From Takakia lepidozioides (taxonomy: Eukaryota; Plantae; Bryophyta), in NCBI GenBank assembly GCA_030704615.1, contig CM060731.1, positions 42,718,001-42,782,000 of the forward strand: a stretch of 64,000 bases of DNA. Direction: 5' to 3'. This document shows, one piece after another, positions 1 to 20,200 of this stretch; the stretch's first letter is position 1, and the number at the start of each line of letters is the position of its first letter. Below the pieces are notes generated by a model. It did not search any database and had not been told where the DNA came from. It saw only the letters and a list, made by a program, of their open reading frames with translations. Both the position numbers and the translations under genes were made by a program.

Positions 1-475
1 GCGGTAGCGCCGAAGCTGCAGGCGGTAACCCGTTGGCCTCGAGCCGGTTACCGGACATAACAGGTTTTTCGAAACATCGAGAGTGACAATTCATCCATGC
101 GCAGCCCGGTTATCGAATTTTTACATCCATGCACAGCCAAGGTTATCAAATCTTGTGAGGATTGCAGGTTACCGCCTGTAACCAGCGTCCAGTGAGCCAG
201 TCGTTTGAAGACACGTACTCGACATGCTTCGAAAAACCGGTTATGGCTGAAAGGAGTCTCCAAGCTCTTTTTCACGGTAGCTTACTATAAGCATTGAGCC
301 ATATCTACAGCTGATGTATTATAAAGGCTGATGATTGATTGGTTTCGTACTGACCTGTCAGATTTAGTCTTGAAATTGACGAGCTGACACTCGTCCCGTG
401 ACAGCAACTGTGTGGCTATTTATACTCTTCCAATGAAGCCCGGGTGAAAACGAGGGATGGGAAGGTGGGACATAC

Positions 476-1246
476 CCACTCCCAGCGAGGAGCCAGTATC
501 ATGGTAGTGTAGAACGGAACAACAAACGCCGTGGAAAAAGTGAAGAGCGCCCCTGCTATATGCACGCCCCCAGGCCCTGGCACCGGTGCTGTTGCCCACC
601 TCCCCATGCAAGAAGAAGTTGGGAATTCTCCAGATTAGAAATAAAGCTACACCAAGACCGGATATGTGTGTCCATGGAAGAGAGGTTTAACTCAAAAGCA
701 ATTTATACGGCCTACATAAGATATCTATCAAGATTTTGAGGTGAAGTTGGGTATTGGAAAAATGCGCCCCTCGAAACAACAAAGAATCGACTCACTTGAA
801 GCAACTGCCATGACACCACGACGCTGGTGCATTGAGGAGCACTCTTTGATGCGCCTCCATAGCTGCGGGGCCCAGTTTCCCAATCCATCAAGCCCTCTTC
901 TCTCTGCTGAAAGCCAACTGTAGCCCACATTTTGCCAAGTGCCGGCACAATTTGCATATGTTGTATATGTGACCAATGGGCTGCAGAATTTTGCTTGGTA
1001 GGGGGGAAAATTTCCTTTTGTTGAGAGATTGATTGTCGAGAGCCTCGCATTTTGGTGGCCCTGACAAAAGTGCACAGGTGAAGTTCAAAAGACAGACCCA
1101 ATCTGCACTCTTGCTTAACCTTCTCCAAAACACAGACCCCCATCCCCCGGATCTTCTAAACACACACATTCCCGTAGAGAAAGAGAATAGGGAGAGAACC
1201 TGGTGTGTAGCAGGCACGAAGGTGGACAAGAGAGACAGCCCGCCAT
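476..1246 (-). CDS. ABA4: ABA DEFICIENT 4-like chloroplast membrane protein, 5' exons only (gene continues off the left edge)
   Basis: Exon 476-588 (AG...GT bounded) encodes IAGALFTFSTAFVVPFYTTMILAPRWEW, matching the ABA4 IASSVF..T.AVLPFYTLM..AP segment. An upstream exon ending RRGVMAVAS|GTGAG at 796 looks like a transit peptide. The ATG at 1246 and the first splice junction are tentative. Confidence 0.75.
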
Positions 1247-2611
1247 GGCCTTCACATTGTCTTTCTCTCTCAGCCCTGTGGCGGAGTTGATCACCAGGAC
1301 TATTCAAAGAAAAGGTTAGGGGTCGACTCCATTCTTTTAGTTTTCTTAAAGGTTAAAGTTGAGCCACAAATGCCTGTTACCATGAGGCGGTAACTCTGCG
1401 CCGCCACTTTGGCCTGCATCAAGATTGGAAGTTCTAAGCTGCATATCATGACTAGTTAGGGGTTCACTGATGTAGGCATCAGAGAAGTCGCAGTAGCTGT
1501 TGTTAGCTAGCTGATCAAAATATATATAGAGCTGGTACTAATTGACGTCCACCCAGGCGCCAGTAAGATTTCTGAAAGGAAGACACACGGACCACACTAT
1601 GAAGAAACATGGAAGCTACAAGCAGACACTTCCCACCATAAAAGAAGCAGAAGAGATACTGAGCTGGGCGCACAAGCACAGCTAGAGATCAATTTGAGAG
1701 GTTCAATACTTTTGAAGGAGGATAAAAGCTGCCGCAGTTGTAGAATGCCTATAGTCAAGAATGAGGAGCTGCTGACGGTGAGGAACTCGCGACTGATGAG
1801 ATTTCTGGAAAGACTGAGAGACGAATACCAAGGAATGATGATGTGTATGGCTGTCAAAGCCGATGTAGTACCTGTTGGTATCCTAGGGTAATCCACCTGG
1901 AAGTATCATAGGCTCCCCTAATTCGATCGTACAACTATGCTGAGAAAGATTATCATGAGAACCTAGCTTAACCTTAAAACTTAGGCTGCATCTCGGCTGC
2001 ATCCTCCGTACCACATGTATAATAGACGGCCATCAGTGCAACTACTAATTACAGTTCTTCTGAGAGCACTTAGCTAGAACTAAGATTACGTTTCTAGCTA
2101 CTGGCACAGGGCACGATTCAATTCCTCAGTCCATCTGTGCCTGCTGGGATGTGTTGGAGTGTTGTTCACTTTAGTTGTACAGCTAGCCTAATGACTACCT
2201 AGCAAGTGGTGGTTCTGTAGTCTCGCACCTCCGACCTGCGCGATGTGCTGCAGTAGTGCGAGCATCAGCACGGGGGAGGGAGCAGCGCAGGGAGGTAGCA
2301 TCGTAGGCAGCAGTTTTTTTTTTCCGTCTGTTTTTGAGTAGTGAGGAAGTCCACTTAGATGACAACGAGGAGTTGATTGTAGAGGCCGAGTTGTTTGAGA
2401 TAAAATGATTTCTTTGTGTACTCTACACACATTAATTTATGCTCGCTTACATTGCATTATTATTATTTCATAAATTTGTATATGAATGTTGTGTTGTTTC
2501 TTTACAACATGGTCGAAAGATTTGATATAACTAATGGGGATTCACAAATCATTTTCAGATTTATAAAGAATGATAAATTTTTTAATATATATTTTTAAAT
2601 TCAAAAAATAG

Positions 2612-2776
2612 AGAACCGGAACCGGAAACTGGAACCGGAAACTGGAACCGGCGGTTCTTTCCCAAAAAATACCCGGAACCGGAACCAGAATCTGCTCATG
2701 AATTTTGGAACCGGAATCGTCTCTTCAAATATACCAAGGAACCGGAACCGGAGGTTCCTTCAATATGGCAAGAACC
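2612..2776. repeat. Cluster of GGAACC(GG) motifs, probably subterminal repeats of a non-autonomous DNA transposon
   Basis: About ten GGAACC/GAACCG copies in 165 bp, next to an AT-rich stretch (2430-2610). Confidence 0.55.
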
Positions 2777-3352
2777 GCACTGATATACACATGATGACAC
2801 ACAGAAGATTAGGTGTCATGTGCTGTAAATGTAATATATACGTGACGGTGACAACACAAAAAAAAAAGATATCTGCAAGCATAGAATAGTGATCATGTAT
2901 TCTACCATGGCTTTCAGGCCATTCAAATTATTATGGATTCTCTTCCCCAAAGGTCAAGGTCAAGGTCGACCGCAAAACCTTCCATCTCTATGGAAGCTTC
3001 TGAGCCTGTGGGAGACCTTTGGTGGCCAAGCACATCCATGACAGATGAATTTGCACCTATACGGCGATATGATGGGTTCTTGCGCAGGGCCAGAAGGATC
3101 ATATAAAGGGCCACGGTGAACAGCAAGAGGTGTCATTGACTCTGAACCATGTTAGGTGTGTTGTATACTTAAAGTGCATGCGGTTGGGCTAGCAGTTTGA
3201 TATTGAAGAGTTGATATTTGATAGCAACATATCAGTTCTAGCGCACTGTTGAGCCCACTTTTGCTTAAAAATGGTCTTATCAAGCCCTGTCAGTGGCAGC
3301 TTTGGTGGCAGATTTGATCAAAATGGAGATTATTAAAGTTCATGCTGCTATA

Positions 3353-3425
3353 GGTACAGATTCCAGGGAAAGGGGACTGGCTACTCCAAGATGAGCTTGC
3401 TGCTCCAGATGGCTGCTTGGGTCGA
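3353..3425 (+). pseudogene. Possible exon remnant of a medium-chain reductase (enoyl/quinone reductase-like)
   Basis: After TATAG, reads VQIPGKGDWLLQDELAAPDGCLGR, reminiscent of the .P.G.WLLQ.AA.S.LGR motif. Short and degenerate. Confidence 0.3.
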
Positions 3426-4149
3426 AAATATTTTCGTCTTCAAATGATAATAATGAGTGCAGGGTGCCTAGTGATTCACGAAAGAGGGTCTACTTGCATC
3501 AATTTCATCTGGGTTAATGTCATATGTTTCACATAGCCTACAGGATGAGGACATGTGATTTGATGCGGCTTGTGATTTGCTGTTGGAAGTTCAATGTAAC
3601 ATAAGGAAGTTGCTGCACAGTCTTCAATGGTCAATCAGCCAATCAACTGCAAGGTATGGTGAGATTTCATAAACTGATATCTCTTCATAAGACAATGCAT
3701 CATCAGGCCTTCCTTTTCTCAACATGTTCATACATACTACAACCACTCCAAAAGCAGATCATGCTCCTGAATACTTGGACCCAAATCTCTGTAGTTTCTG
3801 TCTGTTGCAGCTCCAGGTAGGGTACAGTGTGTTATACAACATCAAGCTGCCTGTCTCTAATTATGAGGTATAGTTTTGCTTGCAAGCAAGTTTGCTGCCA
3901 TCGTGTATTCGTTGGGTTGTTTATCCTAAAAGAGGACCCACAGCCTTTCCTACTCTTTGCAGACATCCCGAGCTCTCCAGTTGGATTGGGATCATGAACG
4001 CGACGAAATAGTTGGAGGGCCTCCATCCCACACCCATGCCATCATGTGAAGCAGTCTCTATGTTTCCTCTGCTCCGGCCTTCCCTGTGTCTGTCAAGCCA
4101 TTGTGTGTTATCTGAAGCAAAATGTGGTGGGTTGTACATTTGTGGAATT

Positions 4150-4945
4150 CAGTGGCAGGCTTGGTTTGTGCATCATGGCTGGGAGAGAGGGGCTGCCTGT
4201 GACTGTATTTGACATGGGTGGCGGTCCACGAGGTTGCATGTCCGCCGGTGAAGTTTTTGTCCCCCTTATTTTGTTGATGTATTAGGTACTTTGTTGTGAA
4301 CTATTCAACCTACCAGTAGTGTCAAAATCCGGGCCTCAGACTTCCTATTCTGAGTGAGTGCTTGCAATACCTTGGCAAGTGATGAATTGATTATGCACAC
4401 CTTTAGCATTTGCTTTATTGGCTCTCTTGTAGAGAAGGACTTTGGGGAGACATGCAAGTCGATGGAGAAAATGTGGTCAAAGTACCTTACACCCTGTCAA
4501 GGAAAATGTGGTCAAAGTACCTTACACCCTGTCAAGGCGCTGTGTGTTGTGCTGAGTCGTGCTCCCTAGTCTTACCTTCCTCTTATGTTGTGCCAAAGCA
4601 AAGCAAGAGAGTCAATTGCTGTTTGAGGCTTGTTCATTTTCCCTTCCCCTCGTTTCTTTGGAGGTTCTCTATTTTGATTATATTTTGGTTGTGCTAACGC
4701 ATTGGACGGCCAGCTTTGGTAATTGATAGCTTTGTTCTTTTGTGAGAAATATACTTTGATAGGAGACCATTCAAACTTCTCTCGTGGCTGCACTGAGAGA
4801 GAGAGAACTCAAGATGGGATGGAACTATGGTGCCCAATACTTCAGTCCAAGATCCAGTTGTGCAACAACTTGTGGACAAGTGGGAAGCATCAAGCATTTT
4901 AGCCGATTTGGCATGTTGGAGAAGGGCTGTGGATGCTTTGTTGGA
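4150..4945 (+). pseudogene. Degenerate renalase-like FAD/NAD(P)-binding oxidoreductase fragments
   Basis: Two exon-like pieces: GREGLPVTVFDMGGGPRGCMS (cf. VTVFD.GRGPGGRMS) and, across frameshifts, RERTQDG / YGAQYFS / QDPVVQQLVDKWEAS / FGML. Confidence 0.6.
4467..4536. repeat. Perfect 35-bp tandem duplication
   Basis: GAAAATGTGGTCAAAGTACCTTACACCCTGTCAAG occurs twice in tandem. Confidence 0.95.
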
Positions 4946-5368
4946 GAAATTAATGCCAGTAAAATTTTCCTCTTCTTTTTCCTGAGACAAACTGATGTGA
5001 AACCTAAATCTGCCTGGTAGGGACTATTTTGTGCTTCTAGTTCTAATTGCAATTCCCAATCCCTTTTCTTTGTTAAGGAATGGGCTGCTAGGACTCCTTC
5101 ATTTTTGGCATGATGCGGTTGACTAGTAGTTGTGGTTGGCAATCTATGTGCGTGTGGGAGCTTGTGCAGGGAGATTGTCATAGCTCAACTATTGCCCTCT
5201 TCCCCGTCAATGAAAAGGGATCCGGTGCCTACCTACTTTAGGAAGATCAATCGGAGGAAGGTGAGATGCGCTCCATCTGATCATGATTGCTGCACTTGCC
5301 AAAAATCCATACTAGATGGTTCAAACTGTCAGTGAAGGTGCTTGAGATGTGTGTCGCTCCAGGAGGAT

Positions 5369-13376
<8,008 letters not shown>

Positions 13377-13964
13377 TCTCTCGCTTAATTCGCACTGAAT
13401 TCTCTCTCTACAAGTTGAGTCTCAAGAACACGTCCAGTACAATGTTATCCCGCTCTTCCCCAGTCCCTCTCAATACGTATGCAGCTACGTGTCTTATGTC
13501 TACCTCTCTTTCTCTCGCCACAACTCACTTCCTTGTGCTTCAGGTCTTCCGGAACTCTCTGCGCATTTATTAGTCTCCGTTTCTAACCGAGTACTCAGTG
13601 TGTGCATGTGCGTGAGAGCAGAACAAGTACCGCAGTGAATGAAGAGGCCAGGCGAGTCCGACACTGGACCCCTGAAAGATTTTGGTTCTTGCCATTCGTC
13701 ATCATTAACAACTTTAACTTCAACAGGCCATTACACCACGGTCACACGCGATGGTGACGACAGGGTCCACTATAAAAATCTGGAGCTCCATTGATTATCG
13801 TACTCAATAGGCTACCACGCGAACAACTCAGTTTTTCATGATTCTGCACCAGTATGACGACACGAACACCGATGATGTCAGAGTGGCCGTCTTTCACCTC
13901 GACTACATAGTACTTCATGAACGCGATGTGATAAGGGAATCATTGGCATGTGGACGAAGACGAC

Positions 13965-14620
13965 AGTTTTTTTTTGTTTTTTAACGAAAGGGGACCGAGG
14001 CTACATTAAAAAGGTCATTAACCAAAGACGAGAGTTATGGATGCCAAGACTGAACGCAATTTTGCTTGGTTACCGGAAGATAGTGATGCAATTCGGGAGT
14101 GGTTTGAAGTTTGAAACCATCGATTTCATGGAGCAAACAGCAAACCACACAAACCGGCTCTTGATGGTCCTTCATTACCACAAGTACGAGCCCCAATGCG
14201 GCAGGTGCATATGAGCAGCCGGCCCTACAGGCGTTGAAGTCAGTCCACAACCTTCTTCCACCGTTTGCCAGTCACTTTCGATGACAGCTTCTAGCCATGC
14301 AGGCAGCATACGATCTACAAAGCAATGTAAGTATCGGTTTTTCTCCACAGCAGCTGCCCTCCTCTGATCTCCACACCATAAGAAGAGCTCGAAAAAACTC
14401 TTCCATCCATAGCCACTGGCAAATCTGATCAGACCTTCGAGAAGCAGTTGTGATTCTTGTGAAGTTTCGAAAAACAGTCGAAATGGAGCAATGGAAGTCC
14501 TAACGTGGGTTTGAACCAAGGACATTGGTAGTAATAAGAAGCCTTGGAAGGTGAGCTTTCCAGTTGTAAAGTGCAGCCTCCAAATCGATAAAGTCCCCGT
14601 ACTTATAAACCTCGTCACTA
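13965..14620 (-). mobile_element. Degenerate L1-like 3' fragment with poly(A) tail
   Basis: FELFLW...LHCFVD...AW remnants, and a T-run at ~13967-13982 that reads as poly(A) on the minus strand. Confidence 0.45.
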
Positions 14621-17297
14621 ATCACCTTGACAGAAGGGGTGACCTAATCACAGCGATTAGGTCACACTTGTCTGCTAAGTAGGTACTAGGATGAGGGCGG
14701 ATTAGCATAGCCCTGTGTTTTCAAGGGCGAGGGTTCCCGCCTTTCTGCACTTGGCGCCCAAATCGGCTTTGCAATATTTGACGCGTACACGTGGCGAGTA
14801 CCCGTTCGCCGTCTGGGTGATCAAATAGGGGATTCAGTAGTGAAAGCCAGAAGGGTTCAGCCACGTGGAGTTGATAGGAGCGTTCAGGATTCGACCTAAC
14901 TATAGAGGTCCCTCATACTCTGCATCATCTCTTTCCCTTGTGTGCTGCTGCTGGCGCCTCTGTAGTGTTGGTCTTCTTGTTGATTCTCGGTCTGTGCGAT
15001 CCCTGGATGTTGAGGAGTACCGCGGGTGAGCTTCGTGCCAGGTACGGGTTGTTGTGGAGAATTAGCCCGCCGGAGGAAGTTGTAGGAGTTTTGTGGTTGG
15101 AGGTTTGATCGGAACTGCAAGAATTGGAAGGAAGTAAGTTTGTGTCCGTCTCTTTCCTGCTTCTAGTCTTTTTCCTAGTTCTCTGCTGTGCTCAATTCAG
15201 GTTTCTTCCGTAGCAAGCTTCGCCCTGGGTGGGGAGGACGGTGGAGGTGGAATTCCTCACTGGGATTGCTTCGGAATACGTGGAAAGTAAGAAGTAATTC
15301 AAGGGGAGGGGCTCGGAGGGTTTCTCTTGCTGCACATTGCTTCTGGCTGTTGACTATAATGTGGAGACCTAAATTTGGAGCACTTCTCGACGAGGCAATA
15401 CATGTAGTTGGAATACATCAAGCGAACAGCAATAGTCATAACGATTTTACTTTTTACTTCATCATTTGCCACCGGTATGTGTTAATCCCACCAGCATCAG
15501 CTGGACGACACTCATCTCAGTACTTACTGGCACCAAGGCCACCAAGCAGAGCTTGTGTTCCGGAATGCTCCTGTTTATATTCATACCTGCCGATACAGAA
15601 AGCACCTGAACATGGTAACGCTTGATTGTAGAGTCATGAGTGCTACTGACCAGGACTGTATTCTGGCCACAATCCCTATGTAGTCTCTTCGGACCTAGTG
15701 TCTCAGAAGGTGGGAATTGTGGCAGCAAGGAGTCTCCTCCTTTGTCTAGTAAGCGCTCTGGAAAACCTAGACACTGTTGTCGTTTGGATAGAATTGTGAC
15801 CTGGCTACAGTGGGAGGGAGAATTTCTCACGCATTTGTGGCCATTTAAGAAGACTCGAGAGTTTTTTCATTCGCCTGAGTGCCAGCCTATCCTCGCCTTG
15901 TGTCTTGCAGGTCTACAAATGCCCCGACTTGAGCTCTGACCTTGCCACCTTCAACCACATGTGCATGTAAGTGAAAATCCTCAGGGCAATTATTTTGAGA
16001 GAGAATTGTGAAGCTTATGTCTTGCCTTTGCTGATTCTGGGGCTGCCTCAATTTCTAGAAGCCCTAAAACCCAACCTAGCTCCTTGCATAACACATATGA
16101 ATTGGGCACGAAAGGTCTTCAAAGGGAGAGGAAACATTCTTGGGCATCAACAGTGGGATTGGTGTCCTAGAAAAAATAAGGACAGCAATTGGGGAAGGAC
16201 CTTTCCAACTCCAGGTTTTAAAAGCCCTGTGTCTTGGGGGGGAGGCAGGGCAGATAGCAAGCAGGAGAATTTTGTTCTGGGGATGAGATATCATGTATAC
16301 CTCTGAAAATTTGTGAAGCAGCGGTTTTGAAGTTTGAAGGCTTCACAGAAAGATGTGTTGGGGGAGAAGGAAGTGGATGAATCCAATTTGAGTGTAATGG
16401 TGGATTTTTCAAGTGACTTGGTTCATAGCGGCTCAGATTCATCTGTTGAGGTAATTGGCCATAAAGGTTACAGGTCATCTTTAGAGAATTTAACCATAGA
16501 CCTTAGTATGGAAAGTTGTGGAGTTGGCTTTCCCAAGAGCAAAGACCTTGTACATAAGGGGCACACACAGCGTGGAAATGAGGATTGCTCCGTGCATCCA
16601 ATGGCATCGTATTGAGAGGCTCCCTTCCTGCAAGTCCTGCTAAAGGTGTACGCATGAGGTGAAGCCCTTCCGCAGGGTGAGGGAATAAAGCGATGTAAGG
16701 AACATTGTTTTCTTCTCCCTGTCTGGATCCACGGCCACAGACAATTATGTATAGAGAGAGAACTCTGTGAAAGCATATGTTGAGATTGGGTTCTTGGTTG
16801 TGAATGTAGAAACATGGCAAGGTTAGAGGGAGGGAAAGAACTGCATTAGGGTCAGTCGTAGAATTGGATATGAAAGAGAATGATGGAGACATACAGAATG
16901 CAGGGAAAGGTGAAATAGACATGTTGTGTGGTGGGCTTGCGGTTGCAGTTGCCTCAAGGAGTGGGGAGGGAGGCAAACAGGAAAGAAGAAACATCGACTT
17001 GTGCACCAACAGTGGGATTAACCTTGAGCAAGACAGAAGGGGCAGAGGCTGGCCATGAAAAATGGTGCAAAGCAAAGGGTAAGGGAGCTAGCCAAACTGT
17101 TGAGCTGACTATTATTTTATGCAATATGCGGAAAGAATCTTTGGTCCTTTTAGCTACGGTATCATGAAAGGAAGTCTGGGAGTTCTCTACAGCTCAGCTT
17201 GGTATGTTTTTGTTGCTACACTGGTCAAAACATGTCCTACTTTTATGAACTGCGATGGCCGTCAGTTTTGTCATTCATTGGTAGTGGTTTGGAACAG

Positions 17298-20200
17298 AAA
17301 ATTGCAAAGAAGGACGTGGTCCGGATGGAAGAGAGGCTTTGGCTTTGGTGATGAGAATCCATGGAGTGCGGAAGGAAGCTGTTGGACCTGCTGCTAGCTT
17401 CCCTGGAGAGACAGGGCCAGACAGCAAGAGGGATTGCCAGTCCTGTAATAAGCCTGAAACCTTGAAAGACACAATTGTGTGTGATAACTGTGAGAAAGGG
17501 TTTCATCTCAACTGTGTGAAGCTCCAGTCCAAGGAGGCTCTTGAACTTGATGACTGGCAGTGCCTGCCCTGTGCTACAAAGAAAGGACGTGGTCGCCCTC
17601 TGAGCAGGGTCAAAGCTAGTTATGAGGACGAGAAACTGACAGAAAGAAAGAGAAGTGACGAGATGGAAGGGAAGAGAGGTGTTGAGAATCATGAATCTAT
17701 AAAAGTGAGAAAGGAAGGATTAGATGATACCTTTGGAGCTAGTCCTCACACGAAAGAGACCAGGGGACATAGGGGTAGGGAATTGAGAGAGAGGGAGAGA
17801 AACGAGGAGAAAGAGGAGAAGCAAGAGGATCAAGATGAAGACAGTGATTATAAGTCTACTAAGGAAGGACAAAGGGGGGGCTATGGTCGCAAATCTCGAT
17901 TCCGCAGAGGGGGCACTACAAGGAAGCTTTTGAGAGGGGTTTCTAACCAGCAAGATGAAGTGACTAAGCAGGAAAGGAACACAGACAGAAGCCCTATAAA
18001 AGTAGAGCTTGAAGGCAACATCAGTGGACATAGACAGGGCAGACTCACCCCTAATCTCAGGTAGCAATCTTGTCAGCCTTTCCGAACTTGGGTCCCTTAC
18101 TGCAAAGATTAAAGACAACTTGGATGGGTTAACCTGTAGTCTTTAACGGTTTTCTTTTTCTTCTCTTTGGGTGTGTATACAAATTTCAGGCGGAGAGGCA
18201 TTGGTCACAGGCGTCAGGTAATGGGAAAATGTGGAAGACACCTGCATGTCATCTAATAGTGGTCATGATTGTGTCATCTCTCCAGGGTGGCCAATCATGG
18301 TCCTTGTAGGGGATCGGGGCCTGGAAATGAGGTTCAGGTCCCGTCTGGTTTTCGGAAAGTTTTTAGTCTGAGCTGGAGAATTTGGTCTGATAGTAATCAT
18401 GAAGAGGGTGCTGGGCTTGTGAGGGAGACTATCCAAACTAAACAAGATGTCCACAATATCTTTTTGGACAAGTTGAGGATCTTTGCAGTTGTCACTCTCT
18501 TGGTTTTCAACTACTGTTCAAGGATTGGGGATAAGGGTGTACTTGCATTAATTGATTTATTCTTTTGCTTACCAGGGCTACTTCCACATCTGTGCCTATC
18601 CAAGCGAACCTTGAACTGGCGACAAGACCAGTGGCCGGTTGCCCAAATGTGATCAGTAAAGGAAGTGATGCCAGAATTGTTGGTGAGAGGAAACCTGGCT
18701 CTTCGCTGGGGGAGACTTTTTCAGAAGAGGAATCGAAAAAGGAGGGAAATGAGGCCTTGGAGCAGCTGCGGGACTTCATAGCTGGAAAGCAGGGATGCCT
18801 TGCACAAGGGTGGGAGGTAGTAGTCCGGTGGAGACGGGGCAAGGACCGTGTGTGTGATAGGTACTACGTCTCCCCTGATAAGCAGAAGTTTAGATCACGG
18901 TTGGAGGTGGCACGATTTCTGGGCCTTGTGGGTGGGAAGAAAAAACAAAATGAAAGGACTGTATTACGGTTGAAAGACGGTTCGAACAGTGAGGTTTCGA
19001 AGCGTAAGGCAGACAACAGTGCGGGGTCCAGTGAGAGGGCGGTGAAGATGGTGAAGAGGTGTGAGCACAATGGTGTCAAGGGGGTGAGTTGGATGCAGAT
19101 TCCTGTACCTGAGTTTATTTCTCTGTTTTAACTCAATCTAATGTGATTTTTTGAGCATATTGCACAATTGTACAGATAACAAAAAGGCAGGGTCACAGAA
19201 ATGAGCTTTGTCTCTCTGTAATTAGTTGCTAAGGAGGACAGGAAGGAGAGCAATGGGTGAGGGAGTTTCCTTGAGAATTGGAGGGGGGTGGTGTAAGGTT
19301 TGACAAATGCCTTCAGATTTGACTCCTTGATTAGACAAAAGTGATGACCACCTCAAGTTTTATTCCTTAAATTGGCAAAAGTGACACACCCTAACTATAC
19401 AACCCCTTAGTGAGGCAAAGTTGGTGCATAGTGATGCAATTAAACCCCAACTTTTACCCACTGACCAGATTTGCCTGCATTGAACTGTCTGTTGCAGTTG
19501 GAATTACCCATTCGTTGTGGAGATTTGGCCATAGAACGGCTTGGAGCAGTGAATTCATTGCATATTGGTTGTGGCAAGAGTCATGTCTGGCCCATCGGGT
19601 ATCGGTCTACTTGGCATGACTCTGAGACAGGCTCGTTCTGCATCAGTGAAGTGGGGGATTCTGGAGATTCAGGGCCAATTTTCCGGGTTACCAGAAAATC
19701 TTGCTTGACAGTATCTGAGTCTGTTAAGGTTGCAGTGGCTGCCACTTCCGAAGGCAAAAGTGCGGATGGCAAAGGAAACTGCCCTGTTGAAGCCAATCGG
19801 ATTGAGGCAAGCTCAGAAGGAGGAGGTGACAGTCTGAAGACCAGGAAATCTGCAATGATTAATGGAAGTTCTCATAGGCAAAGTGTTGAGATGACAGAAC
19901 AACAACAAGAGTCTGTCAGGAGAGTGGTTGAGGTACAAGAGAACAGTATGGAATGTAATAGAATGGAGGGTGCCGGAGAAGAAGATTGCTTGGAAAGAGC
20001 TGAGACCAGCAGCAGATTCAGCTTGAAGATGAGGGAGGAAGACTCATTTTGTGGTGAGGTTCAGCATCTGAGCAATTGCACACAGTGGATTAGTTCCCAG
20101 GAAGAAAGTGAACATCCAGGGATGGCACTACTTGAGGATCATAGAGAGCTTAATATCTACCCTGGCAGCAGCCTTAGTGACAAATTTGATGGTTACGGCG

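Noticed and set aside
56-245. Integron attC-like site (CATAAC...GTTATG)
   Set aside because: No cassette or integrase; it lies in a plant intron and the motif recurs like transposon subterminal repeats.
14639-14690. Helitron 3' end (hairpin plus CTAG)
   Set aside because: The CTAG is about 20 nt away and is not followed by T, and no 5' TC end was identified.
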